Positions 50,052 to 59,694 of a DNA stretch of 64,000 nt are shown here, in pieces. Under the pieces are notes generated by a model. The model saw nothing but the letters and a program-made list of their open reading frames with translations. It was not told the origin of the DNA and ran no database searches. Both the position numbers and the translations under genes were made by a program. Position 1 is the stretch's first letter, and each line of letters begins with the position of its first letter. This DNA comes from an uncultured bacterium (GTDB lineage: Bacteria; Zixibacteria; MSB-5A5; JAABVY01; JAHJOQ01), in assembly GCA_965369655.1 (NCBI GenBank), contig CBDUQR010000008.1:12343-76342 (forward strand), given 5' to 3'.

Positions 50052-52223
50052 TCACACATTCCAGAACGTCGATTGGTCTTCGGTGGGCATTGTTGTGCGG
50101 ACCCAGTCGTATGACGGCCAGCGTTCGATCTGTTCGCCCTTGCGGTTGACTTCTATCGCCAACTGCGCGCGGAATTCATCATCGAATTCAATGTCTGCGC
50201 GAGGAATCGCCAGTTCGATGACTTTCCTTACACCAACTTCTCCATGAAACTCGGATCGCTGACAGGTATCACTCTTATCATCTTTGACGAACATCTGTAC
50301 ATCAGAGCCGCGTAGATCGAACGCGTAGTCCTTGACTGTCTGAAGTACGCACCGAAACTCGAATTCAGCAGCGGATTCGTCTTCCGCGCTTGTGAACAGA
50401 TCGAGTCTGATATAGATATTGTCGTCGTCGAAACCGAAGTGGAATGCCCGCAGCACATTCACGGCTCTGTGCATAGCCGACCCGGCTTTCATACAATCGA
50501 AAATGCCTGCGTCATGCCACTCGTAGAAACTTGTAACAAGTCCATCAATCACAGGCGAAATCAACCCGAGTGGCTGCTCGATTCCACTTACGCCACGTAT
50601 ACCGCGTATCGGTTTCAGGAGATTATCCGGCGGAGTCTTCCCGATCATACGATAGACTGCGCTCAAATGAGACCTGAACAGCCTGTCGAACACGTCGTCT
50701 TGCGCAGATGAATGCTCATCGCCGTACCACCAGCACCAGTCCGATCCTTCCGCGATATATATCTCTTTCCACGCTTGATTGATGACTTCAGGATCGGCGT
50801 CCGAGTCGGTTCGCTCATGGTCGACAAGAGCATTGCGCGCCGCTGAGAGCAGGTCCCATGCCTTATTGTCCTCTTCATGGCCGATCCATACTCTGAAATT
50901 ATGATTGATCCACGAACCGGCGAAGAGCCGAGGGATATTCTCCAGCGAATCGGTGTCAGCGAACGCCTCAGAGGCAGTGATAGTCTCGATCGAATCGTCG
51001 TGAACGAGGCGTGAATAGAGTTCTCTTAAGAAATCCGCACCGTCATTCGAATAATACTCCCAGGCATTCTCGCCATCGAGTATGATCGAAACCACCGCGC
51101 GTTCGAGTTCATCAGGCTGCAACGAGTCTCGCACCGCATGCAGACTCCTGATGAAATCATTGGCGGCATCGTCCGCATCCCAGCCTGAATAGACAAAACC
51201 GATTTTGTCTGACAGCGTGTGATCGCGAAACAGGATGCCGATCTCCTGCTTGTCTCTTCGCAACACGTACGGTTGATGGAAAGAAAGATTATTTCCCCGA
51301 CTCATATCACACTCAGCCCAGACCTCATCGTCTGTCGCGATCCATTTGATTCCGTATTCGGCGAGGATCGGAATCAACGGCTCCGCAACCGATCCCTCCG
51401 ATGGCCACATCCCGCGCAGGTCACACCCAAACAGTTCGCGATACATCTCACAGGACATCTCGATCTGCTTGCGAGCATCTTCCGGATGAGAAAACCTCTC
51501 GTTCGGTAACTGCATGTGTGGAAGCGCCTCTTTCGCCAGATCGGTATCGATGAGCAGCGGCAGAATCGGATGGAAGTACGGCGAAAACGAGACCTCTGCC
51601 TGGCCGCGCTCCTGAGCGTCCCTGTGAGCCGGAATAATCTGCGCAAGAATCTTCTTCTGGAAATCGATCAGACTGACCTTGTCGTCCTCCGTGAAATCGT
51701 GCCTCTTCTCGAACAGGTACGAGACATCCGGATCATGCCGAAACATCGGATCAATCCAGACAAGGTTCGACCAGACAGCCAGATCGATCCACTCCTGCTC
51801 GGTGAACTCCCGGGCGGCTTTCGACACGTCCGACCGGCTCAGGATCAATTTTTCGTGAAGCTGGTAGTACCGGGGATACGGTCTTATCATTGTGGCAACA
51901 TTTGCGGAGAAGAACGAGGCCAGCATTTCCTGTTTGTCGGTCTCGGTCAGATTCTGTGCGCGTTTCAATGTCAGCGCCATGTGGTCATCGACGCCGTCAT
52001 GACGCACATAGTCATCTATCTGTTCGATGAGTGATGGAACAAGATTGAACGTCTGCCTGAGTCCGGGAAAGTCCTCGAGGATCCTCACCATGTCAAGATA
52101 GTCTTTGATGCCGTGCAGCCGCACCCACGGGAGAACAAGTCTTCCGGTTTCGAAATCCTTGTAATACGGTTGATGCTGATGCCAGAGAAAGACTACCCGA
52201 AGCCTGGGTTGATCCGTCGACAT
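50052..52223 (-). CDS. glycoside hydrolase family 57 (amylopullulanase-like)
   Basis: WHQHQP, HPILPL, GMWPSEG, ILDGENAWE, AEGSDWCWW. Confidence 0.93.
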   Translation of the reverse strand: MSTDQPRLRVVFLWHQHQPYYKDFETGRLVLPWVRLHGIKDYLDMVRILEDFPGLRQTFNLVPSLIEQIDDYVRHDGVDDHMALTLKRAQNLTETDKQEMLASFFSANVATMIRPYPRYYQLHEKLILSRSDVSKAAREFTEQEWIDLAVWSNLVWIDPMFRHDPDVSYLFEKRHDFTEDDKVSLIDFQKKILAQIIPAHRDAQERGQAEVSFSPYFHPILPLLIDTDLAKEALPHMQLPNERFSHPEDARKQIEMSCEMYRELFGCDLRGMWPSEGSVAEPLIPILAEYGIKWIATDDEVWAECDMSRGNNLSFHQPYVLRRDKQEIGILFRDHTLSDKIGFVYSGWDADDAANDFIRSLHAVRDSLQPDELERAVVSIILDGENAWEYYSNDGADFLRELYSRLVHDDSIETITASEAFADTDSLENIPRLFAGSWINHNFRVWIGHEEDNKAWDLLSAARNALVDHERTDSDADPEVINQAWKEIYIAEGSDWCWWYGDEHSSAQDDVFDRLFRSHLSAVYRMIGKTPPDNLLKPIRGIRGVSGIEQPLGLISPVIDGLVTSFYEWHDAGIFDCMKAGSAMHRAVNVLRAFHFGFDDDNIYIRLDLFTSAEDESAAEFEFRCVLQTVKDYAFDLRGSDVQMFVKDDKSDTCQRSEFHGEVGVRKVIELAIPRADIEFDDEFRAQLAIEVNRKGEQIERWPSYDWVRTTMPTEDQSTFWNV

Positions 52224-52226
52224 GCT

Positions 52227-52922
52227 TTAGTTGAAAGAGCTTACGGTCGGATCGAGAATGCCCTTCTCGAACAGGAATTGTTTCAGCTCCAGCGATCTCG
52301 TTGACTCTTCGGGGATTTCCCTTAGCAGCTCATAGAGCCCAAGCGCGCCGTCACTGTCGCCAGCCGATGCGAAACTCTTGGCGCCAAAGAACAGGCAATC
52401 GGTCGCCACGTAGCTGTCGGGATATCTGCTATAGGTGTCGCTGAAAGCTTCGGCTGCCTCTGCCATCATCCCTTTCGCTCGCAGACATTGCGCACGACCT
52501 GCCATGGCATTCGCGGTGAGCATGTCATCATACCGGTACTTGTCGAGATGCAGATTGAAATACTGCTCAGCCTGGTCATAATTGTTCAGGGCAAAGTAGG
52601 CATTCGCGATGTAGAAACTCGCCAGCCTCGCCGCATCTGAGCCGCCATGCTGGTCGAGGATGGTCTGATAATCTACTGCGGCCAGTTGGTAATTCCCACT
52701 TCGGAATTCGACGCCGGCCCTTCCAAGCAGGTCATTCGCTTCCTGCTCGGATGACCGACTGCTCGATACGAGCAGGAAAACTATCGCGACCACGGCGACC
52801 AGTGCGACTATTCCACCGATAAATGCCATCAGATGCTCGGTGAAATATTCCTGCGCTCTGAATACCGAACTTATGAACTTGTCTTGTTTAATCTGACCCT
52901 TAGTCAGCCTTTTAGCCGCCAT
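52227..52922 (-). CDS. single-TM TPR protein (YfgM-like)
   Basis: IKQDKF N-terminus, TM helix, TPRs. Confidence 0.8.
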   Translation of the reverse strand: MAAKRLTKGQIKQDKFISSVFRAQEYFTEHLMAFIGGIVALVAVVAIVFLLVSSSRSSEQEANDLLGRAGVEFRSGNYQLAAVDYQTILDQHGGSDAARLASFYIANAYFALNNYDQAEQYFNLHLDKYRYDDMLTANAMAGRAQCLRAKGMMAEAAEAFSDTYSRYPDSYVATDCLFFGAKSFASAGDSDGALGLYELLREIPEESTRSLELKQFLFEKGILDPTVSSFN

Positions 52923-53042
52923 TGCTCGACTTCCTTCCGGGGAATATTCCCGTTCCTCTAATACTGATTATCGCCTCACAGCCCGAATACTTGATTCGGA
53001 TTGCAGTGCGTCTCACTATCCGGTATTGCTTCGTCGCCTCCG

Positions 53043-54653
53043 TTAGAAATAGCCGGTGAACCCGACGACGATCGCAATAGTCTCGTACTTGTCCTCGCCA
53101 GTAAACTTAGTGTGTCCGACTGGCATGAATCCTTCCATTCTAATATCTCTTCCGTCAATACCGCTGACATCTCTGCTGTCAGTATAGTACTCGAACATCG
53201 CATCGAGCCAGATTCTCTCCCAGTGTATGCCTGTACCTAAGCTAAACCCGAATCCGGTGATCCGGTCACCTGCTTCCTCGCCCCAATAGGAGGAAAGCAC
53301 GCTTGTCTTGTAGTCACGCTCGTAAATAGTAGGTACTTCATACTCGCTCTCATCTATTATTCCCTCGTAATCTATCTCGGGGTACACTAAAGCTGTGGCA
53401 TCTGCAAGATAGTGCTGAACATACCTGAATCCGCCACGTAGAGGGATAATGCCTTTTTCTGTTTCAAGGTTGTATTCAAAACCAAACCTGCCCTCGCCTG
53501 CGTTGTAGTAGTTCAGAGGAAAAGGAGTATAGAATTCTTCGCTTTCCCCTGATAGCTTCTGTACGATCGTGTCGAGTGTCGATCGCTCAGACGTGCCGAA
53601 CCTGCGCCACTCGACATCGCCCGAAATAGTGAAACTGGGGGACACCTTGTAGCTTGCGCCGACGCCGATCGTCAACGGGATATCGATTCTCTGCTTCCTT
53701 TTACCACCCGCGTATCGGTCGTCCTTCCATCCGGGTGTGGTACTCGGAACCATGACATAGACCTTGCCACTATCAGGATTATACTCCCACACTGTGTCGT
53801 TCTGGATCGGATCCCATTCGCTCTCGAGTTCGAACGGCGTTTTCACAACCATACCGAGCTTGAATTTCTCCAGTCGGTACTGGAGGCCGAATGTAAGATT
53901 GAAACCGGAATGACTAATCTCTGAAAGCGAGTGTCCACGAAACCTCCGCTTCCTCGGCTCGGCATTGTCACCTACTCCCTCGATGGCGTCCCACTCTGCC
54001 ACGATATCATAGCCTTCTTCAGAGTTGCCGAAGTAGATGTTCGCTGACATTCCAAAGGAAAGCTTGTCGACAACATCGGTTCCGAAACCGAGATTCACAA
54101 CATCGATCGAACCAGTACTCCATACTTCGTGACTTGTGGGGACGATATCTATCCAATCTGCATCCTCCTGTACCCACCAGAATGTTGGCCACACAGCCAC
54201 CCCCGGATTAAGCCATGTTGCGCGCGCGATATTGGTCAGTCGCTGATAGGCTATGCTCGCGGAAAACTGTTTCCCGGCCACTTTGACCGGTGCCAGGAAT
54301 GAAGCGTAGTCGATCATCCACTTGTTGTCATCGACAACATACTCCCCGCCTGGAGCAGATTCATACGAAAGGCTGTAAGTGTCCCTCGGCCTGGTGAATG
54401 TGCCCGAGAAAGATATTTGCGGGTCGAGCGTCTGGATCAATCCAGCAGGATTCCAGGTTATCGCAGATGCATCATCGGCTATACTGATAAACGCCCCACT
54501 CATCGATCTGGCGCGTACGCCGGCCCCAGTCCAGTTCAAGTCGGTGCGATCGAGGGCTCTTGCCCAGTCCTCAAGCACCCGATCCTCTGCCGCCGACGCT
54601 CCTGACGCGAAGGTCAGGACCAAAATCACTGTGCATAACAATCTAATCTTCAT
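53043..54653 (-). CDS. FadL/PorV-like outer-membrane beta-barrel
   Basis: GAGVRARSMSGAFISIADDASAITWNPAGL hatch motif, terminal F; SD GGAGG before ATG 54653. Confidence 0.8.
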   Translation of the reverse strand: MKIRLLCTVILVLTFASGASAAEDRVLEDWARALDRTDLNWTGAGVRARSMSGAFISIADDASAITWNPAGLIQTLDPQISFSGTFTRPRDTYSLSYESAPGGEYVVDDNKWMIDYASFLAPVKVAGKQFSASIAYQRLTNIARATWLNPGVAVWPTFWWVQEDADWIDIVPTSHEVWSTGSIDVVNLGFGTDVVDKLSFGMSANIYFGNSEEGYDIVAEWDAIEGVGDNAEPRKRRFRGHSLSEISHSGFNLTFGLQYRLEKFKLGMVVKTPFELESEWDPIQNDTVWEYNPDSGKVYVMVPSTTPGWKDDRYAGGKRKQRIDIPLTIGVGASYKVSPSFTISGDVEWRRFGTSERSTLDTIVQKLSGESEEFYTPFPLNYYNAGEGRFGFEYNLETEKGIIPLRGGFRYVQHYLADATALVYPEIDYEGIIDESEYEVPTIYERDYKTSVLSSYWGEEAGDRITGFGFSLGTGIHWERIWLDAMFEYYTDSRDVSGIDGRDIRMEGFMPVGHTKFTGEDKYETIAIVVGFTGYF

Positions 54654-54876
54654 CAGGGTGTTTCCTCCTGTCATATCGAGAAAATTTTCGCAAAAGATAT
54701 AACAAATAGCATGTATGTGTCAAACGCTTTCTGAACATTTCTCGCTCACGTAACCTGTGCGCTCACTGTGAATTGACGCAGACAAGCAGGGAATGTTCAA
54801 CCAGATGCTTATCGCTGGCAGTGTCATATCATCATAATCATCAGCAAGACCCACGGCATCGCGCTGGAATCAAAAA

Positions 54877-54949
54877 TACCCCCGGCAGGAATCGAACCTG
54901 CGGCACGTGGTTTAGGAAACCACTGCTCTATCCCCTGAGCTACGGGGGC
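54877..54949 (-). tRNA. tRNA-Arg(CCT)
   Basis: GCCCCCGTAGCTCAG..GTGGT-TTCCTAA-ACCAC..GGTTCGATTCC. Confidence 0.95.
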
Positions 54950-55050
54950 AGCGAGTCACAATCTTAACTCGAAACCGACAGACAGTCAATCAAAATTGCA
55001 TGGATCGGTTCAGGATGCCAGAAATGATACAGTGAGAAAAAACGGAGGGA

Positions 55051-55587
55051 TTAGATCGTTTCGGAGTCATATTCGGCCAGAGAGATAAGGCTGTACTCGC
55101 TCAGGCGGTCTCGGCCTCCAAGGGATGTGAGTTCAACCAGCACAGCGATACCGGCTACACTCGCACCGAGGTCCTCGACCAAGTCACAGGTTGCGCGAAG
55201 AGTGCCGCCGGTCGCAAGCAGATCATCGACCACGAGCACCCTCTCGTCGCGAGAGAGCGCATCGGCATGAACTTCGAGAGCATCGGTCCCGTACTCCAGC
55301 GAATAGGTCTCCTTTATAGTCTTTGATGGTAGCTTGCCAGGCTTTCGGACAGGGACGAATCCGCAGCCCAGTTTATATGCGAGCGTGGAGCCGAAAATAA
55401 ACCCGCGAGATTCCACAGACACCACTTTTGTGACAGCGAGGTCACGGCATTCCTCATAGATAGTATCGATGGCTTCGCGGAAGGCTTCCGGATCGCCGAT
55501 CAGCGTCGTTATGTCGCGGAACAGGATGCCCTTCTTCGGAAAATCGGGGATGGAGCGAATCCTGTCTTTGAAATACTCTGCTGTCAT
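55051..55587 (-). CDS. apt: adenine phosphoribosyltransferase
   Basis: PDFPKKGILFRD, ESRGF, RKPGKLP, LEYG, VDDLLATGGT. Confidence 0.96.
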   Translation of the reverse strand: MTAEYFKDRIRSIPDFPKKGILFRDITTLIGDPEAFREAIDTIYEECRDLAVTKVVSVESRGFIFGSTLAYKLGCGFVPVRKPGKLPSKTIKETYSLEYGTDALEVHADALSRDERVLVVDDLLATGGTLRATCDLVEDLGASVAGIAVLVELTSLGGRDRLSEYSLISLAEYDSETI

Positions 55588-55591
55588 CGTA

Positions 55592-55900
55592 TCACTTATA
55601 CTTCACAAAAAAATTCTCGTGACTGCTCTCGTATTTTTTCCATTCGATCTGGAAATTCTCGATTTGCGAATAGGCGGGACCTTTCCTGAGTGCCATCAAG
55701 AATTGCATGACCACTTCTTTCGTCCCCTCGACTTCGATTTCGACATCACCGGTATCGAGGTTTCTCACGTAGCCATTGATCGGAAACTTCTCTGCTGTAG
55801 ATGTCGCGAAATATCTGAAACCTACGCCCTGCACCATGCCTGAGATCAGGACTCTCGCGCAGACATATCCATCTATTGTGCTGTCGTTTGGAGCGCTAAT
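55592..55900 (-). CDS. acyP: acylphosphatase (start codon uncertain)
   Basis: ARVLISGMVQGVGFR, GYVRN.D.G.VE, GPAYSQI. The frame is open upstream of ATG 55837; possible ATT start at 55900. Confidence 0.85.
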   Translation of the reverse strand: MSAPNDSTIDGYVCARVLISGMVQGVGFRYFATSTAEKFPINGYVRNLDTGDVEIEVEGTKEVVMQFLMALRKGPAYSQIENFQIEWKKYESSHENFFVKYK

Positions 55901-56343
55901 TGGACTGCCTCCTCTGCATTTGAAGCTTTTCGTGCGGCATCGGATACATTCCAGCCGCCAAAATCTATTACATATTTTCCAACCTTGAGCGCAAAAGCGA
56001 GTTCCGAGAGCGTTCCCGATCCGCCCGGCAACGCGATTACAACATCGCTGCTTCGGACAACGAGCAAATTTCGAGCTTCACCCAATCCTGTCGGGATCGC
56101 GTGATCTATAAAACTGTTGGCATCTTGCCGATCAGCTCCCGGGAGAATGCCAATCGTTACGCCACCTGCGGACTTCGCGCCTTCAGCAGCGGCAGCCATC
56201 ACTCCGCCCAGCCCTCCGCACACAAGAACGGCGTCTGCTTCGGCAATCCTCCTGCCGACTTCAAACGCCAACTTCGCGACTTTTTCTGAGCAATGTCCTG
56301 CGCCAATAACTCCGATATATATTCTCTTGTCGGATTCGGACAT
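55873..56343 (-). CDS. TIGR00725 / LOG-like Rossmann-fold protein
   Basis: CGGLGGVM, TGLGEARN, PGGSGTLSE. Confidence 0.92.
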   Translation of the reverse strand: MSESDKRIYIGVIGAGHCSEKVAKLAFEVGRRIAEADAVLVCGGLGGVMAAAAEGAKSAGGVTIGILPGADRQDANSFIDHAIPTGLGEARNLLVVRSSDVVIALPGGSGTLSELAFALKVGKYVIDFGGWNVSDAARKASNAEEAVQLALQTTAQ

Positions 56344-56378
56344 TATCCAAATCTCACAGCTTCTCTCGGTTCATAATA

Positions 56379-56452
56379 TCGGGGTGACTGGATTTGAACC
56401 AGCGACTCCTTAGTCCCGAACCAAGTGCTCTACCATGCTGAGCTACACCCCG
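56379..56452 (-). tRNA. tRNA-Pro(CGG)
   Basis: CGGGGTG acceptor; CTTGG-TTCGGGA-CTAAG anticodon arm; GGTTCAAATCC. Confidence 0.95.
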
Positions 56453-56540
56453 ATACCGTCAGACCTACTGATGTTATCGACTTTTCTCCGATTGTCAACA
56501 TGTTTTTGCGATTCGACGAACTGTTACCAATGCAATCACA

Positions 56541-56760
56541 TGTAGGTCAAGCGGCCTGCTTGTCCTGAGCGTAGCGAAGGGTCCGCTTGACATCTTGATC
56601 CATCCGTCAAGCGCGAGCGCGCTTGACCTACAAGACTTATGTCATATTGTAACATCGTGTGCGCGGCAGACCTCCCGGCGAGTCCTGAGCTTCGAAGGGT
56701 CTGCCCGGTCTTTTGCGCTTATCGTTGGGGCAGACGAGGACGTCTGCCGCCCACAGGATC
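56541..56760. repeat. cluster of REP-like elements
   Basis: GTAGGTCAAGCG..CGCTTGAC / GTCAAGCGCGAGCGCGCTTGACCTAC pair; GGCAGACGAGGACGTCTGCCGCCCAC. Confidence 0.75.
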
Positions 56761-56783
56761 ACGGGTCGCTGCCCTACTCAAGA

Positions 56784-59201
56784 CTAACAATCCGGCACTC
56801 CATCTCCATCTGTGTCGCATGGCTCTGGGCCTCCTCTGAAGATGTAATTCACAAGTCCGACTATATCGAGCAGGTTGATCGCCTGGTCGCAGTTTACATC
56901 TCCAGATTCAAGTGGATCAGGCTCAGGTCCGCCCAAGTACACGTAGCTGATCAGACATATCACGTCATCGATATCGACTCCGCCGCTGGCGTCAGCATCG
57001 CCGCAAAGGAAAGCCTCACTACTCAGCTTAGTCACAAAAACATCCTCGGAACCTTGACAAGTTCCCTGATACGGGTTTAGAGTGGGAAAATCTGTAGAAT
57101 TTGTATATCCCGTCACATACGCCACCCCGGAGCCGTCCACCGCGATGCTACGGCCAGCGTCCCAGTCGCTCCCCCCCAGGTAGGTGGAGTAGACCAGGCT
57201 GTTTCCCGAACTGCTGAGTTTGGTTACAAATACATCAGCGTTGACTTGATCAGTCTGGTACGGGTTTAGAGTGGGGAAATCTGTTGAACCTGTAAATCCC
57301 GTCACATAAGCTGAGCCGGAGCCGTCAACTGCGATGCTTGAGCCTTCATCATAATTACTCCCACCCAGGTAGGTGGAGTACAGAAGGCTGTTTCCCGAAC
57401 TGCTTAGCTTGGTAACAAATACATCCTCCGAACCTTGATCAGTCTGGTACGGGTTTTGAGTGGGAAAATCTGTAGAATATGTATAACCCGCCACATAAGC
57501 TGAACCGGAGCCGTCAACTGCGATGCTTCTGCCCTTATCATCACTATTCCCTCCTAAGTAGGTGCTGTAGACCAGGCTGTTTCCCGAACTGCTTAGTTTG
57601 GTTACAAAAGCATCGTAGTCAGCTTGATAAGTCTGGTACGGGTTTAGAGTGGGGAAATCTGTAGACAATGTAAAACCAGTCACATACGCTGAGCCGGAGC
57701 CGTCAACTGCGATGGCATAGCCTTCATCATTACTATTCCCCCCCAGGTAGGTGGAGTAGACCAGGCTGTTTCCCGAACTGCTTAGTTTGGTTACAAACAA
57801 ATCGTAGCCACCTTGATAAGTCTGGTACGGATTGAGAGTAGGGAAATTTGATGAAGATGTATAACCCGTCACATAAGCTGAACCGGAGCCGTCAACTGCG
57901 ATGCCGGAGCCTCCATCATAATTACTCCCACCCAAGTAGGTGGAGTACAGAAGGCTACTGCCCGAACTGCTTAGTTTGGTTACAAATACATCTTCCGCAC
58001 CTTGCTTAGTAGCCTGATACGGGTTTAGAGTTGGAAAATCTGTAGACGTTGTATAACCCGTCACATAAGCTGAGCCGGAGGCGTCAACTGCGATGCTCTT
58101 GCCAATATCACTATCAATACCGCCAAGGTAGGTGGAGTAGACCAGGCTGTTTCCAGAACTGCTTAGTTTGGTTACAAATACATCAGTACCACCTTGATTA
58201 GTCTGGTACGGGTTTAGAGTGGGAAAATCTGGAGAATCTGTATAACCCGTCACATAAGCTGAACCGGAGGCGTCAACTTCGATGCTGTAAACACGTTCAC
58301 CACCACTACCCCCAAGGTAGGTGGAGTAAGATAAAACAGGATCAATAACCAGAGGTAAGGCCGGATTGTAGCCACTCAGTTCAAACCCGAAGGCGATTGC
58401 GCCTTTCAGACTGTACTCGCCGACAATAGTAACACGGGAGTCGTTCTCTATCTGATAAATGACAGGTTTCTGTTCGACAACCTCGCCCCACATAGTTGTT
58501 ACAACTAACTCACCATTATCATTAACAGAAATAAATTCAGCACCCTCATATTCTATTTTGATTTGAGAAAAATCAGCACCTGGAGAAACAATAAAATCAT
58601 ACTCCATCTGTTTGCCGTTGCCGTAGTATTTCAGATCGATACCGTCATATACGTCCTCAAGAACGATAGCCTCATAGTTGGGAACATCCGTATGCCACTC
58701 ATTCGGATCATTGCCGATGAAGTAGTTGCATTTGTATTCCATCATGTTATCGCCAGTGATCGCGGGATTTGGATTCGCACCGACGAATGACGCTTTGATA
58801 ACGAGTTGTTCGGCATTGTCAGACTCGTGATCGAGTGGGTGCCCCACAGCTTGCTGTGGGACTTTTCCATCGAGTGATCCCACAGCAAGCTGTGGGGCAC
58901 CGGGCGTGGACGTCTGCCGCCCACGAGGATCGTCAAGAATCCGCCGTGTGAACTGGTAGTAGACGCCGTCGGTTGTGAACCACATTGTGGCTCCGCCGGC
59001 GTTGGCTCTGAATTGCACACGATCATCCCACTGGCCATGATTCTCTGTGAACGCCAATGGCATCAAATCCATCTGTTGGATCGAAATATTACTGTTCGCT
59101 GAAATCTCAGGAGTTCTGACTGCTCCATCACCATAGGCGACCGTCTGGAACAACAGAATAGCTCCCAGCGTCGCAACCGTGAAAAAGACTGCTTTCTTCA
59201 T
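56784..59201 (-). CDS. secreted SBBP beta-propeller repeat protein with a C-terminal dockerin-like domain
   Basis: Signal peptide; FTENHGQW..NYFIGND..YDGIDL..EYDFIVSPGAD..LVIDP N-domain; seven YSTYLGG repeats; CGDADASGGVDIDDV. Confidence 0.92.
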   Translation of the reverse strand: MKKAVFFTVATLGAILLFQTVAYGDGAVRTPEISANSNISIQQMDLMPLAFTENHGQWDDRVQFRANAGGATMWFTTDGVYYQFTRRILDDPRGRQTSTPGAPQLAVGSLDGKVPQQAVGHPLDHESDNAEQLVIKASFVGANPNPAITGDNMMEYKCNYFIGNDPNEWHTDVPNYEAIVLEDVYDGIDLKYYGNGKQMEYDFIVSPGADFSQIKIEYEGAEFISVNDNGELVVTTMWGEVVEQKPVIYQIENDSRVTIVGEYSLKGAIAFGFELSGYNPALPLVIDPVLSYSTYLGGSGGERVYSIEVDASGSAYVTGYTDSPDFPTLNPYQTNQGGTDVFVTKLSSSGNSLVYSTYLGGIDSDIGKSIAVDASGSAYVTGYTTSTDFPTLNPYQATKQGAEDVFVTKLSSSGSSLLYSTYLGGSNYDGGSGIAVDGSGSAYVTGYTSSSNFPTLNPYQTYQGGYDLFVTKLSSSGNSLVYSTYLGGNSNDEGYAIAVDGSGSAYVTGFTLSTDFPTLNPYQTYQADYDAFVTKLSSSGNSLVYSTYLGGNSDDKGRSIAVDGSGSAYVAGYTYSTDFPTQNPYQTDQGSEDVFVTKLSSSGNSLLYSTYLGGSNYDEGSSIAVDGSGSAYVTGFTGSTDFPTLNPYQTDQVNADVFVTKLSSSGNSLVYSTYLGGSDWDAGRSIAVDGSGVAYVTGYTNSTDFPTLNPYQGTCQGSEDVFVTKLSSEAFLCGDADASGGVDIDDVICLISYVYLGGPEPDPLESGDVNCDQAINLLDIVGLVNYIFRGGPEPCDTDGDGVPDC
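57025..58335 (-). repeat. seven 189-bp coding tandem repeats
   Basis: TAGGTG anchor at 57181, 57370, 57559, 57748, 57937, 58129 and 58318. Confidence 0.92.
58838..58924. repeat. intragenic palindromic element (24-bp perfect inverted repeat plus a REP half)
   Basis: GGTGCCCCACAGCTTGCTGTGGGA (58838-58861) / TCCCACAGCAAGCTGTGGGGCACC (58878-58901), then GGACGTCTGCCGCCCAC. Confidence 0.85.
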
Positions 59202-59288
59202 CTCTTCCTCCCGTGCTTTCAGTCGGTGCCTGCCGCTGCAAGTATTGATTCTGTCCGACTAGTGGTGTGATTCATTTAGTACGTCAGT

Positions 59289-59317
59289 ATTATACCGAGA
59301 ATGGGCAATATTGTCAA
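59289..59317 (-). promoter_or_regulatory. consensus sigma70 promoter of the SBBP gene
   Basis: TTGACA-17 bp-TATAAT, perfect match. Confidence 0.8.
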
Positions 59318-59378
59318 GGTTGGAATCGCCTGAGAGAGAAGTCTGCTCAAAGGTTCAGCGACGTGGAATGACAAACGC

Positions 59379-59686
59379 CGTCATTGCAAGCGACCGAAGG
59401 GAGCGTGGCAATCTCAGCTTTGTTACGAGAATTGAGATCACTACGTCGCTGGCGCTCCTCGTGATGACGGCAGCTTTGTCATCGTCATTCCCGCGAAGGC
59501 GGGAATCCAGAACCAAATTCAGAATACGAAAATGTCACAGACAAGAAGAACTTAACTGGACCCTTGCCTCCGCAAGGGTGACGAGTGAGATTGCTTCGCC
59601 TATCGTGCCCGGCAGATGTCCCGGTCTGCCGCATTCCAGCGGTTGCTGATCCAACGGGGCAGACGGGGACGTCTGCCGCCCACGGG
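59379..59686. repeat. cluster of RPE/REP-like elements
   Basis: GTCATTGCAAGCG..GTGGCAATCTC..GAGATCACTACGTCGC..GTGATGAC; GTCATTCCCGCGAAGGCGGGAATCCAG; GGCAGACGGGGACGTCTGCCGCCCAC. Confidence 0.75.
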
Positions 59687-59694
59687 AATAGGAA

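Noticed and set aside
57025-58335. Repeats as a CRISPR array or DGR template/variable regions
   Set aside because: Coding 189-bp blades; no reverse transcriptase and no separate non-coding template in the window.
59311-59649. Short ORFs over repeat clusters (also 5160-5480, 14090-14335, 37422-37718, 56595-57080)
   Set aside because: They are translations of palindromic repeats, not supported genes.
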